This document shows positions 18,082 to 27,206 of a stretch of DNA of 64,000 bases, in pieces. Source of the stretch: Candidatus Aminicenantales bacterium (GTDB taxonomy: Bacteria; Acidobacteriota; Aminicenantia; Aminicenantales; Saccharicenantaceae); the NCBI GenBank assembly GCA_049512315.1, contig JBEKXF010000009.1, positions 1-64,000 of the forward strand. Direction: 5' to 3'. Positions within the stretch are counted from its first letter, which is position 1. The number at the start of each line of letters is the position of its first letter. The position numbers and the translations under genes are program-made. Under the pieces are notes generated by a model. It saw only the letters and a list, made by a program, of their open reading frames with translations, had not been told where the DNA came from and did no database searches.

Positions 18082-20127
18082 TTATCCCTCCCTGAGTTGG
18101 ATGTTTAATGCGGACTTCAGCTGACCGACGATCTCCTGTTCGACCCTGTCCACCTCCTCGGCAAGGAGCGTCCGCTGGGGATGGCGGTAGCGGAACCGGA
18201 TCGACAGGCTCACCTGGCCGGCAGGAATGGACGGCCCGCTGAACCGGTCGCGGAGCTCGTAACCCTCGAGCAGGGGCGAGGCCAGCCTGTCCAGGGTCTT
18301 TTGGATCTCCCGGTACGGCACGGTCCGGTCCACCAAGAACGAAAGGTCGCGGCTGACGACCGGGAACTTGGCGACCGGCACGTAGGCGAATGGTCGCGGT
18401 TGCTTCTCGAACAGGCCGGCCAGGTCCACCTCGGCGGCGAACACGGCCTGGTCCAGGGAATAGGCGGCCGCGATAGCCTTTTTGAGGACCCCCAGCCGGC
18501 CGATGACCTGGCCCTTGTAGAGAAGTGTCAGGCTCTCTCCCTCTCCGAAATAAGGATGGTCGGCCTCCTGGCACGTGCAGGGCTCGTACCGGATAGCCGC
18601 CGTGGCGGCCTCGAGTGCGCCCTTGACGACGTAGAGATCGGTCGTGGCCGGCTTCTGCCGCCAGTCCCGGCCGGGGAGAAGCCCCGTGGCGAGGACGCCG
18701 AGGGTGAGCCGCTCTTCGGGGCTGTCCTCTTGGCCATAGTAGGTGTTCCCGATTTCGAAGATATGGACTCCGTCCATCCCCCGGTTCATGTTCCAGGTCG
18801 CATTCTCGAGGAGGCCCATGAGGAGGTTGGTCCGGAGGACGGAGGCCCTGGCCGAGATCGGATTGCGGATCCTGACCGGTTCGCGGCCGCTTCCGAGAAT
18901 TTTTTCTTTCTCCGGGTCGGCGAAGCTCGGATTGATGACCTCGTCGAAGCCGTGAGGGAAGATGGCCCGGCGGAGCTTCAGGATCCGGTCCCGCTTCCGG
19001 TTCGAGACGGGATCGGGGCCCTTGACTTGAGGGACCTCGGACGGGATCCGGTCGTAGCCGTAGAAACGGGCGATCTCCTCGATGAGGTCCGCCTCGCGGT
19101 CGATATCCACGCGGAACGCGGGGACCTCCACCAGCCAGATATCTTTCTGTGATCTCTCCACCTTGAATCCGAGGCTCGTGAGGACCTGCTCGATGAACCC
19201 CTCCGGCATGTCCACGCCGAGGAGCTCCGTCACCCGGCGGCCCCGGAGGACCAAGGACTTGGCCTTGCGGGGCTTGGGGTAGACGTCCACGACGCCGCGG
19301 GCGGCCTTCCCGCCCATCCGGCCAAGAAGGGAGGCCACCATCAGGGCGGCCTTGGGGAGGATCGAGATGTCGGCGCCGCGCTCGTAGCGATAGGAGGCGT
19401 CCGTTTGGAGGCCGAGCTTCTTCGACGTGAGGCGGATCGAAACCGGGTCGAAGTTGGCGCTTTCGATGAACACGTCCCGGGTCGTCCCGCTCACGGCGGA
19501 CTCCTGGCCGCCGATGATGCCCGCCAGAGCCACGGGCTTGGCCTCGTCGGCGATCACGAGCATCTCCGGGCTGAGCTCGAGCGTTCGGCCTTCGAGGTCC
19601 CTCATGATCTCTCCCCGTGTCGCCCGACGGACGATGATCTTCGAGCCGGCCAGCTTTCCGAAGTCGAAGGCGTGGATAGGCTGGGCCGTGGCGTAGAGGA
19701 CGTAGTTCGAGACGTCGACGACGCTGTTGATCGGCCGGAGCCCGATCCTCTCGAGCCGTTTCCGGAGCCAGTCGGGAGATGGCCCGACCGTGACCTCCCG
19801 GACGACCATCCCGCAGTACCGGGGGCAGAGGGCGTCGTCCCAGATCTGGACGTCCACGAGCTCCGCGACCGGCCGGTCGATCTCGGTCACGGGCCAGGGA
19901 GGCTCGATGAGCGGACGGCCGAGCATGGCCGCGATCTCCCTGGCGACGCCGAGGTGGCCGAGAGTGTCGGGGCGGTTGGCGTAGGTTTCGAGGTCGAGGA
20001 CCGTGTCGCCGTCCCGCTCCTCGGCGGACTCCGGGACCAGGCCGATCATGGTCAGCCGTTCGAGGAGCTCCGGCAGAGGGAGATCCAGCTCGACGTAATC
20101 CCTGATCCAATCCAGACTGATCTTCAT
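18082..20127 (-). CDS. pheT: phenylalanine--tRNA ligase beta subunit (short form)
   Basis: MKISLDWI, NRPD, B3/4 domain, DIDREADLIEEIAR.YG, FDX-ACB domain (KFP.VSRDLSF). Confidence 0.95.
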   Translation of the reverse strand: MKISLDWIRDYVELDLPLPELLERLTMIGLVPESAEERDGDTVLDLETYANRPDTLGHLGVAREIAAMLGRPLIEPPWPVTEIDRPVAELVDVQIWDDALCPRYCGMVVREVTVGPSPDWLRKRLERIGLRPINSVVDVSNYVLYATAQPIHAFDFGKLAGSKIIVRRATRGEIMRDLEGRTLELSPEMLVIADEAKPVALAGIIGGQESAVSGTTRDVFIESANFDPVSIRLTSKKLGLQTDASYRYERGADISILPKAALMVASLLGRMGGKAARGVVDVYPKPRKAKSLVLRGRRVTELLGVDMPEGFIEQVLTSLGFKVERSQKDIWLVEVPAFRVDIDREADLIEEIARFYGYDRIPSEVPQVKGPDPVSNRKRDRILKLRRAIFPHGFDEVINPSFADPEKEKILGSGREPVRIRNPISARASVLRTNLLMGLLENATWNMNRGMDGVHIFEIGNTYYGQEDSPEERLTLGVLATGLLPGRDWRQKPATTDLYVVKGALEAATAAIRYEPCTCQEADHPYFGEGESLTLLYKGQVIGRLGVLKKAIAAAYSLDQAVFAAEVDLAGLFEKQPRPFAYVPVAKFPVVSRDLSFLVDRTVPYREIQKTLDRLASPLLEGYELRDRFSGPSIPAGQVSLSIRFRYRHPQRTLLAEEVDRVEQEIVGQLKSALNIQLREG

Positions 20128-21158
20128 TTGGCGTCGAATTGCCTGATGAACCTCAGGTCGTTCTCATAGAAATACCGCATCTCGGGGATGCCGTAGGCGA
20201 ACATGGCCGTCCGGTCGATCCCCAGCCCGAAAGCCCAGCCGGAGTATTTTTCCGGGTCGATGTTGACGTTCTTGAAGACCTGGGGGTCGACCATCCCGGA
20301 CCCCAGGATCTCCTTCCAGCCCGTCCCGCCGCAGACGCGGCAGGCCTTGTCCTGGCCTTCGCAGACGATGCACTCGATGTCCACCTCGGCCGAAGGTTCC
20401 GTGAAGGGGAAGAAGCTCGGCCGGAAGCGGACCTTGATCCTCTCGCCGAAGAGAGCCCGGATGAAGTATTCCAGAGTCCCCTTGAGATGGGCGAAGGTGA
20501 TGCCCTCGTCGACGACCAGCCCCTCGACCTGGTAGAACATCGGCAGGTGGGTCGGGTCCGGAGTCTCCCGGCGGAAGACGCGCCCGGGGATGATGATCCG
20601 GATGGGGGGTTTCTTTTTCTCCATGACCCGGATCTGGACGGGAGAGGTGTGGGTCCTCAGGAGCAGGTCGTCCGTGATGTAGAGGGTGTCCCAACTGTCG
20701 CGGGCCGGATGGTGCGGCGGGAAGTTGAGGGCCTCAAAGTTGTAGTGATCGGTCTCGATCTCGGGCCCTTCCTCGATGGAATAGCCCATGCCCAGGAAGA
20801 TCCTCTCGATCTCCTCCTGGAACAAGACGAGCGGATGGGGCCTCCCGGCGTAGACAGACCGCCCCGGGAGCGTCAGGTCCGGACGGACGGCCTTCACTTC
20901 CGGCTTCCGCATCTTCCCCTCGAGGGCCTGGATCTTTTTCTGGACGAGCGTCTTCAGGTCGTTGACGAGCTTGCCGGCTTCGCGCTTCTCCTCCGGCGGA
21001 ACCGATCTGAGCTCTTCGAACAAACAGGTGATGTGGCCTTTTTTCCGGCCCAGATAGAGGTTCCGGAGCTCTTCGAGGGCCCGTCCGTCATTCGCCTGAG
21101 CGGCCGCTTTCTCGAAATCGTTCCGGACGCCTTCGATCCTGTCCTTGAGAGTCGGCAT
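20124..21158 (-). CDS. pheS: phenylalanine--tRNA ligase alpha subunit
   Basis: HPAR..DT, LLRTHTSPVQ, FPFTEPS, GWAFG.G..R. Confidence 0.97.
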   Translation of the reverse strand: MPTLKDRIEGVRNDFEKAAAQANDGRALEELRNLYLGRKKGHITCLFEELRSVPPEEKREAGKLVNDLKTLVQKKIQALEGKMRKPEVKAVRPDLTLPGRSVYAGRPHPLVLFQEEIERIFLGMGYSIEEGPEIETDHYNFEALNFPPHHPARDSWDTLYITDDLLLRTHTSPVQIRVMEKKKPPIRIIIPGRVFRRETPDPTHLPMFYQVEGLVVDEGITFAHLKGTLEYFIRALFGERIKVRFRPSFFPFTEPSAEVDIECIVCEGQDKACRVCGGTGWKEILGSGMVDPQVFKNVNIDPEKYSGWAFGLGIDRTAMFAYGIPEMRYFYENDLRFIRQFDAK

Positions 21159-21167
21159 GTCCCAGGC

Positions 21168-21524
21168 CTAGGCCGCGGCTTCTTTCGCCCTCTCAGCCAG
21201 ATAGGCGAATGTCCGGGGCGCGTTCACGGCCAGGTCGGCCAGGATCTTGCGGTCCAGGACGATCCCCAGGTTCTTCAGCCCCTTGATGAAACGGCTGTAG
21301 GTCGTGCCGTTGGCCTCGGCGCCGGCCTTGACGCGGATGATCCAAAGCTCCCGGAAGGTCCTTTTCTTGGCCCGCCGGTCCCGGTAGGCGTAGAGCAGGG
21401 ACTTCTCGACGGCCTCTTTGGCGGTCCGGTAGTTCCGGCTTTTGGCCCCCCAGTATCCCTTGGCGAGCTTGAGGGTCTTCACCCGCCTGTCTTTCCTCTT
21501 CGTTCCTCTTTTCACGCGTGGCAT
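21168..21524 (-). CDS. rplT: 50S ribosomal protein L20
   Basis: MPRVKRG...AKGY.G...YAYRDRR..KR.FR.LWI.R. Confidence 0.97.
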   Translation of the reverse strand: MPRVKRGTKRKDRRVKTLKLAKGYWGAKSRNYRTAKEAVEKSLLYAYRDRRAKKRTFRELWIIRVKAGAEANGTTYSRFIKGLKNLGIVLDRKILADLAVNAPRTFAYLAERAKEAAA

Positions 21525-21554
21525 GGTTCACTCCTTGTGCGGATCGGGCGGACC

Positions 21555-21755
21555 CTAAAAATCGTACGGAAGCATGGTCTTGACGGCCTTGCGGTCCGCC
21601 GCGCTGGTGACGGCCCTCTTGCCCAGGTGCCTCTTCCGCTTGGAGGCCTTCTTGGTCAGGATATGGCTCTTATTCGCCTTGCTGTGCAGGATTTTTTTCT
21701 TGGCCGTGACCTTGAACCTCTTTTGGGCTCCCTTGTGGGTTTTTAGCTTTGGCAT
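21555..21755 (-). CDS. rpmI: 50S ribosomal protein L35
   Basis: MPKLKTHKGAQKRFKVT...HILTKK. Confidence 0.96.
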   Translation of the reverse strand: MPKLKTHKGAQKRFKVTAKKKILHSKANKSHILTKKASKRKRHLGKRAVTSAADRKAVKTMLPYDF

Positions 21756-22311
21756 CCTTTCCTCCTTGCTTGACGGGGACCAACAATGCGGAAACGGCCC
21801 AATCCTGTTTCCGCGCTTCGCCATCCTGGGCCGCCAGGTCTTTCATGTCGATCTTGACCCTGTCGAGGACCTGCTGGCCGAGCTCCGGTTTCTGCTTTTC
21901 GCGGCCGCGGAGCATGACCGTGATCTTGACCTTGTTGCCCTCTTCGATGAACCGCTTGATGTGCTTCATTTTGAAGTCGTAGTCGTGGACGCTGATCTTG
22001 GGCCGGAACTTGATCTCCTTGATCTGGATCTGCTTCTGGTGTTTCTTGGCCTGGTGCTCTCTCTTGTGCTCTTCGTAAAGGAACTTGCCGTAGTCCATGA
22101 TCCGGCAGACGGGCGGCTGGGCGGTGGGGGCGATCTCCACGAGGTCCAGACCCCGCTCCCGGGCGATCGCGAGGGCCTGGAGGGTCGGCAGGACCCCCAG
22201 CGGGCTCTTCTCGTCGTCGAGGACCCGGATCTCCTTCGCCTGGATCATGTCGTTGATCCGATGGGCTTTGGCCTTGCTGACGACAGGATGGAAAGCGTGT
22301 CTCTTGAAAAT
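21670..22311 (-). CDS. infC: translation initiation factor IF-3 (ATT start)
   Basis: RIND.I...EIRVL, LDLVEIAP...PPVCRIMDYGKF, KEIKFRP. An in-frame ATT at 22311-22309 is preceded by AGGAGG. Confidence 0.93.
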   Translation of the reverse strand: MFKRHAFHPVVSKAKAHRINDMIQAKEIRVLDDEKSPLGVLPTLQALAIARERGLDLVEIAPTAQPPVCRIMDYGKFLYEEHKREHQAKKHQKQIQIKEIKFRPKISVHDYDFKMKHIKRFIEEGNKVKITVMLRGREKQKPELGQQVLDRVKIDMKDLAAQDGEARKQDWAVSALLVPVKQGGKDAKAKNPQGSPKEVQGHGQEKNPAQQGE

Positions 22312-22323
22312 GTTTGTCCTCCT

Positions 22324-24273
22324 CTAGAATTTCACGCTGAGACTCATCTGCGCATCGAGTTCCTTGACCTTTTCGATGAAGCGGGCGACGTCGGTCTCGC
22401 CCTTGTCCCCCTGGCCGTGGACGCGGAGGGAGGCCGTCCGGCGCTCGACCTCCTTGTCGCCGACCACGAGGACGAGCGGGATTTTCTGGACCTCCGCTTC
22501 CCGGATCTTCTTGCCGACCTTCTCCCGGCTCGTGTCCACGACGGACCGCAGGCCGTTGGCCTTAAGCTTCGTGTCGAGCTCCCAGGCGTAGGTCTCGTGC
22601 CGGTCGGCGATGGGCAGGACGACCACCTGGACCGGGGCCAGCCAGACCGGGAAGCTCCCCTTGTAGTGCTCGATGAGGATCCCGAAGAAGCGCTCGAGCG
22701 ACCCGAGCAGGGCCCGGTGGACCATGTAGGGCCGGTGGGCCTGTCCGTCCTCGCCGATATAGGTCATGTCGAACCGCTCGGACATGTTGAAGTCGAACTG
22801 GATGGTCGTGCACTGCCATAACCGGCCGATGGCGTCCCTGACCTTGATGTCGATCTTGGGGCCGTAGAAGACCGCCTCGCCCTCCATCCGCTCGTAGGCG
22901 AGGCCGCGGGCGTCCAGGGCCTTGACGAGCGAGGCTTCGGCCTGCTGCCACATGGCTTCGCTCCCGGTGTACTTGGCCGGGTTCCGGGGGTCGCGGACCG
23001 AGAGCTCGATCTTGTTGTCGCGGAAGCCGAAGTCGGCGAGGATGCTGATGGAGAAATCAAGGACCCGCAGGATCTCTTCGTCGATCTGCTGCGGCGTGCA
23101 GAAGATGTGGGCGTCGTCCTGAGTGAAGCCGCGAACGCGGAGCAGGCCGTGGAGGACGCCGCTTCGCTCGTAGCGGTAGACGGTGCCGAGTTCGGCCCAG
23201 CGCAGGGGCAGGTCCCGGTAGGACCGCATCCGGGACTTGTAGATCATGATGTGGAACGGGCAGTTCATCGGCTTCAGGTAATAGTTCTGCTCGTCGATCT
23301 CCATCGGCGAGTACATGCTGTCCTTGTAGAACCCGAGGTGGCCCGAGATCTGCCAGAGGGTCTCGCGGCCGATGTGCGGAGTGTAGAGGACATCGTAGCC
23401 GCCGGCCCAGTGCCGCTCGCGCCAGTACTGTTCGATGACGGCCCGGATCCGCGCCCCCTTAGGGTGCCACAGGGTCAGGCCGCCGCCGAGCTCCTCGGAG
23501 AAGCTGAACAGGTCGAGCTCCGGGCCGAGCTTGCGGTGGTCGCGCTTCTTGGCCTCTTCGACGAAGGCCAGGTAGTCGTCCAGCTCCTTCTTGGTGAAGA
23601 AGACGGCCCCGTAGATCCGCTGGAGCTGCTGCCCTTTTTCGTCGCCCTTCCAGTAGGCGCCCGAGACGGACAGAAGCTTGACGTTCTCGAGGAGGCCGGT
23701 CGACGCCACGTGTGGGCCGAGGCAGAAATCGACGAAGCTCCCCTGGCGGTAGCAGGTGACGACGGCGTCGCCCTTTTCCCGAATGAGCTGGACCTTGAGG
23801 GTCTGGCCCAGGCCTTCGAAGAGCTTGACCGCCTCTTCCTTGGGCAGGACGAGCCGCTCGACGGGAATGTTCTCCCGGGCCAGTTCCTTCATCCTCTTTT
23901 CGATGGCCGCCAGGTCTTCCGGAGTGAACGTCGTCTCCCGCAGAAAGTCGTAGTAGAACCCGTTCTCGACGGCCGGACCGATCCCTGTCTTGGTCTCCGG
24001 GTAGAGGTCCAGGACGGCATGGGCCAGGAGATGGGAGGCGCTATGGCGGAGCACCCCCAGGGCTTCAGGGGCCTCGGGGCCGACCAGGGAGATTTCGGCG
24101 TCCCTGTCGATCGGCGCCTTCAGGTCGCAGAGAACCCCGTTGACCCGGGCTACGACGGGCCTCCCGGACTTCCCGGGCTTCCCCAGCGCGGGGAGGAGGA
24201 GGTCCAAGACGCAGGCCCCTTTTTCTGTCGGATAAGACGAGTCCCCGATCTTGATTTTAATTTTCGCGCTCAT
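22324..24273 (-). CDS. thrS: threonine--tRNA ligase
   Basis: TGS domain, RHSASHL, DHRKLG, KPMNCP, RVRGFTQDDAH, FYGPKID. Confidence 0.97.
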   Translation of the reverse strand: MSAKIKIKIGDSSYPTEKGACVLDLLLPALGKPGKSGRPVVARVNGVLCDLKAPIDRDAEISLVGPEAPEALGVLRHSASHLLAHAVLDLYPETKTGIGPAVENGFYYDFLRETTFTPEDLAAIEKRMKELARENIPVERLVLPKEEAVKLFEGLGQTLKVQLIREKGDAVVTCYRQGSFVDFCLGPHVASTGLLENVKLLSVSGAYWKGDEKGQQLQRIYGAVFFTKKELDDYLAFVEEAKKRDHRKLGPELDLFSFSEELGGGLTLWHPKGARIRAVIEQYWRERHWAGGYDVLYTPHIGRETLWQISGHLGFYKDSMYSPMEIDEQNYYLKPMNCPFHIMIYKSRMRSYRDLPLRWAELGTVYRYERSGVLHGLLRVRGFTQDDAHIFCTPQQIDEEILRVLDFSISILADFGFRDNKIELSVRDPRNPAKYTGSEAMWQQAEASLVKALDARGLAYERMEGEAVFYGPKIDIKVRDAIGRLWQCTTIQFDFNMSERFDMTYIGEDGQAHRPYMVHRALLGSLERFFGILIEHYKGSFPVWLAPVQVVVLPIADRHETYAWELDTKLKANGLRSVVDTSREKVGKKIREAEVQKIPLVLVVGDKEVERRTASLRVHGQGDKGETDVARFIEKVKELDAQMSLSVKF

Positions 24274-24360
24274 TCTCCAATTCCGCTATGGTTCACAAGG
24301 GCAGGCGCTTCAGATCCGGCCCCTTCCGGGGCCTCTCGATGACTGACCGCGTGAATCAAC

Positions 24361-24435
24361 TGGTAGGCGCGGAGGGGATTGAACCCACGGCCTCTTCCGT
24401 GTCAGGGAAGCGCTCTCCCACTGAGCTACGCGCCT
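24361..24435 (-). tRNA. tRNA-Val(GAC)
   Basis: The reverse complement AGGCGCGTAGCTCAGTGGGAGAGCGCTTCCCTGACACGGAAGAGGCCGTGGGTTCAATCCCCTCCGCGCCTACCA folds into a cloverleaf with anticodon GAC and encoded CCA. Confidence 0.96.
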
Positions 24436-24460
24436 AACCTTCGCTTTTTAAAGCCTTTAT

Positions 24461-24489
24461 ATCTTAAGGAATTCGTCCGGGGCTGTCAA
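24461..24489 (-). promoter_or_regulatory. sigma70 promoter for the tRNA-Val/thrS superoperon
   Basis: Minus strand TTGACA, 17 nt, TAAGAT. Confidence 0.65.
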
Positions 24490-24580
24490 TACTCGAAAGC
24501 GACCCTCTCGGCCGCGGCCTCGGAGGAGGGATTGGCCCGCCGGGCTCGATCGGATATAATCTCCAGGGAGGAGGTCGCGG

Positions 24581-25063
24581 ATGATCGGGATCCTAGCCGA
24601 TACCCATGACAATTTGGACATGGTCCGCCGGGCGGTCGGCCTGTTTAACGACGCGGGCTGCGACCTGGTCATCCACGCCGGGGACTTTGTTGCCCCCTTC
24701 GCGGCCGCCGAGCTCCGTAACCTGATCTGTCCGGTCAGGGCGGTCTTCGGCAACTGCGACGGGGAGAAGACCGGCCTGGCCAGGGCCTTCGAGGGCATGG
24801 GTGAGATCCGGGAGGCGCCCGCCACTTTCTCCCACGGCGGCCTCAGGTTCCTGGTCAGCCACTTGGACGGCCCCGTGAAAAAGCACATGGCCGCAAGGCC
24901 CTGCGATGTCATCGTCTTCGGGCACACCCACAAACCGTTCACAAAAAAATCGGACGGCATCCTCCTCATCAACCCCGGGGAGGCGGGGGGCTGGCTCAGC
25001 GGCAGGAGCACCGTGGCCCTCTTCGACCCTAAGAGCATGTCCGTGGACATCGTCCCTCTATAA
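24581..25063 (+). CDS. YfcE-family metallophosphoesterase
   Basis: DTHDN, HAGD, GN.D, GHTH, INPGE; RBS GGAGG. Confidence 0.9.
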   Translation: MIGILADTHDNLDMVRRAVGLFNDAGCDLVIHAGDFVAPFAAAELRNLICPVRAVFGNCDGEKTGLARAFEGMGEIREAPATFSHGGLRFLVSHLDGPVKKHMAARPCDVIVFGHTHKPFTKKSDGILLINPGEAGGWLSGRSTVALFDPKSMSVDIVPL

Positions 25064-25361
25064 TATAAGGAGAATCCCCATGCCCCACCCCGTCAACCGC
25101 CGGCAGATGCCCGGCTGGAAGCAGACCCGCCGGCCCCTCCCCCCGCCCCCGCGCCAGTCTGGCTTTACCAAGAAAAGCCCCGGCCGAAAAAACGCGCCAC
25201 AGCCCAAGGGAAACTCCTGAGCCGCCCAAAGCCCCCCCCGTAAAATCCTAAAAAAGCCAGAGTGATGAAGGAGCGTCATCCGGACTACTTAACGGGACGG
25301 GTGGCCCGGCGCTGCTCCCCGGAGGGCAAGCGGAGAGTGATGAGGCAAAAAAGGGGCCGAG

Positions 25362-25416
25362 GAGAATGGCCGGAACGTGATCAAGCGGTTCAGCCTTCCC
25401 GAAGCGTTGTTCGATG
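25362..25416 (+). repeat. copy B of the dispersed repeat core
   Basis: GAGAATGGCCGGAACGTGATCAAGCGGTTCAGCCTTCCCGAAGCGTTGTTCGATG aligns to 8749-8802. GGGACGGGTGGCCCGG at about 25294 also matches about 8845. Confidence 0.8.
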
Positions 25417-25787
25417 CTCGAGGTTTCGGTGACAGCTAAAGTGTTTGAAGAAATTTGCGCAGGGGGTATCCCCGGAGGAGGGCGTGTGGAGGCCCGGGCG
25501 GGCACGGATGGGAAAGAGGGACAGTCCCTGGAACAAAATACTCAGAGACTCGTTTCAGATATTTACCAGAAGTGCGGCTCCGAGCCGCTCCGCCACACTT
25601 CTGCTGGTCGCTCCTCGGAATCCGCTCCCTGCCGGAGGGAATCCCCCGAGCTCAACCTCAAAAGAAGCGGAAGCTTTCACTGAAGCCCTGAAAATGGGCG
25701 TACGGGGATAATTGTCCGATCGGACGGAGCGGTACGCCCCGAGTAAAGGCTCCTTTTCATAAGGGCGGGCCTGGGTTTCCCTCATAT

Positions 25788-25816
25788 TTGCATTAACATC
25801 CTTATTGTAATATACT
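25788..25816 (+). promoter_or_regulatory. sigma70-like promoter for the arginine catabolic cluster
   Basis: TTGCAT, 17 nt, TATACT in an AT-rich island upstream of 25895. Confidence 0.55.
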
Positions 25817-25894
25817 TACTCCCTTCTTCTTGACAATTGAATATTGAGAAATGTCGGGAGGAGAGGTTTTTCCATTTTATAAAGGAGAGAAGCT

Positions 25895-27199
25895 ATGAAA
25901 AAAGTCATCATCATGGGAGCCGCAGGCCGCGACTTCCACAACTTCAACACCTATTTCCGGAACAACCCCGACTACCGGGTCGTGGCGTTCACCGCCACCC
26001 AGATCCCGGACATCGAAGGCCGGAAGTATCCCGCCGCTCTGGCCGGGAAGCTCTACCCCAAGGGCATCCCCATCTATGCCGAGGCGGAGCTCGATGAGCT
26101 CATCGCGAAGCACAAGGTCGACGACGTCCACTTCGCCTACAGCGACGTCTCTCACGAATACGTCATGCACAAGGCTTCCCAGGTCATGGCGGCCGGGGCC
26201 AACTTCGTCCTGCTCGGCCCCGACGACACCATGGTCAAGAGCAAGCGGCCTGTCGTCTCCGTCTGTGCGGTCCGGACCGGCTCGGGCAAGAGCCAGACCA
26301 GCCGCAAGGTGGCCACGATCCTCAAAGAGAAGGGCCGCAAGGTGGTCGTTATCCGTCATCCCATGCCTTACGGCGACCTGGTCAAGCAGAAGGTCCAGCG
26401 CTTCGCGACCTACGCCGACCTTGACAAGCACGAGTGCACGATCGAGGAGCGCGAGGAGTACGAGCCCCACATCGATCGCGGCATCATCGTCTACGCGGGC
26501 GTCGACTATGAGGCCATTCTCCGCCAGGCCGAGAAAGAGGCGGAGGTCATCCTCTGGGACGGCGGTAACAACGACTTCTCCTTCTACAAGTCCGACCTCG
26601 AGATCGTCGTGGCCGACCCGCACCGGGCTGGCCACGAGCTCCGCTACCACCCGGGCGAAACGAACTTCCGCCGTGCCCAAGTTATCGTCGTCAACAAGAT
26701 GGACACGGCCAGGAAGGAGGACATCGACCTGGTCATGGCCAACATCAAGAACGTCAACCCCAAGGCCATCATCGTCAAGGCCAACTCGCCGACGATCGTC
26801 AGCGACGGCGGCCGGATCACCGGCAAGCGCGTCCTCGTCATCGAGGACGGCCCGACCCTGACCCACGGCGGCATGAAGTACGGGGCCGGCATCGTGGCCG
26901 CCCAGAAGTACGGTGCGGCCGAGATCATCGACCCCCGCCCCTTCGCGGTCGGCAGCATCAGGAAGACCTTCGAGAAGTACACCCACCTGGACAAGGTCCT
27001 GCCGGCCATGGGCTACGGCGAGAAGCAGTGCGGAGAATTGGCCGCGACCATCGAGAAGATCCCGTGCGACCTAGTCGTCAGCGCGACGCCCATCGACATC
27101 ACCCGGGTCATCAAGGTTTCGAAGCCCATCCTCCGCGTCGGCTACGAGCTCGAAGAGATCGGCTCGCCAACCCTCAAGGACCTGCTCAAAAAGTTCTGA
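25895..27199 (+). CDS. COG2403 P-loop protein (annotated GTPase/cyclic 2,3-diphosphoglycerate synthetase-like), likely arginine synthetase (ArcE-type)
   Basis: GAAGRDFHNFN, P-loop RTGSGKS, RHPMPYG, IEEREEYE, WDGGNND, EDGPTLTHGGM; first gene of an operon with carbamate kinase and OTC. Confidence 0.8.
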   Translation: MKKVIIMGAAGRDFHNFNTYFRNNPDYRVVAFTATQIPDIEGRKYPAALAGKLYPKGIPIYAEAELDELIAKHKVDDVHFAYSDVSHEYVMHKASQVMAAGANFVLLGPDDTMVKSKRPVVSVCAVRTGSGKSQTSRKVATILKEKGRKVVVIRHPMPYGDLVKQKVQRFATYADLDKHECTIEEREEYEPHIDRGIIVYAGVDYEAILRQAEKEAEVILWDGGNNDFSFYKSDLEIVVADPHRAGHELRYHPGETNFRRAQVIVVNKMDTARKEDIDLVMANIKNVNPKAIIVKANSPTIVSDGGRITGKRVLVIEDGPTLTHGGMKYGAGIVAAQKYGAAEIIDPRPFAVGSIRKTFEKYTHLDKVLPAMGYGEKQCGELAATIEKIPCDLVVSATPIDITRVIKVSKPILRVGYELEEIGSPTLKDLLKKF

Positions 27200-27206
27200 T
27201 CCGTCG

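Noticed and set aside
18082..20127. PheT lacking the N-terminal OB (tRNA-binding) insertion as a sign of pseudogenisation
   Set aside because: The frame is intact with all other domains; short PheT forms are a known natural variant.
24274..24360. T-box or attenuator upstream of thrS
   Set aside because: The spacer is under 90 nt, directly follows tRNA-Val and lacks a T-box consensus; only a small hairpin is present.
25786..25850. Possible ArgR (ARG) boxes (TGCATTAACATCC, TGAATATTGA) upstream of the arginine cluster
   Set aside because: Only half-site matches in AT-rich promoter DNA, and no argR gene is in view; too weak to call.
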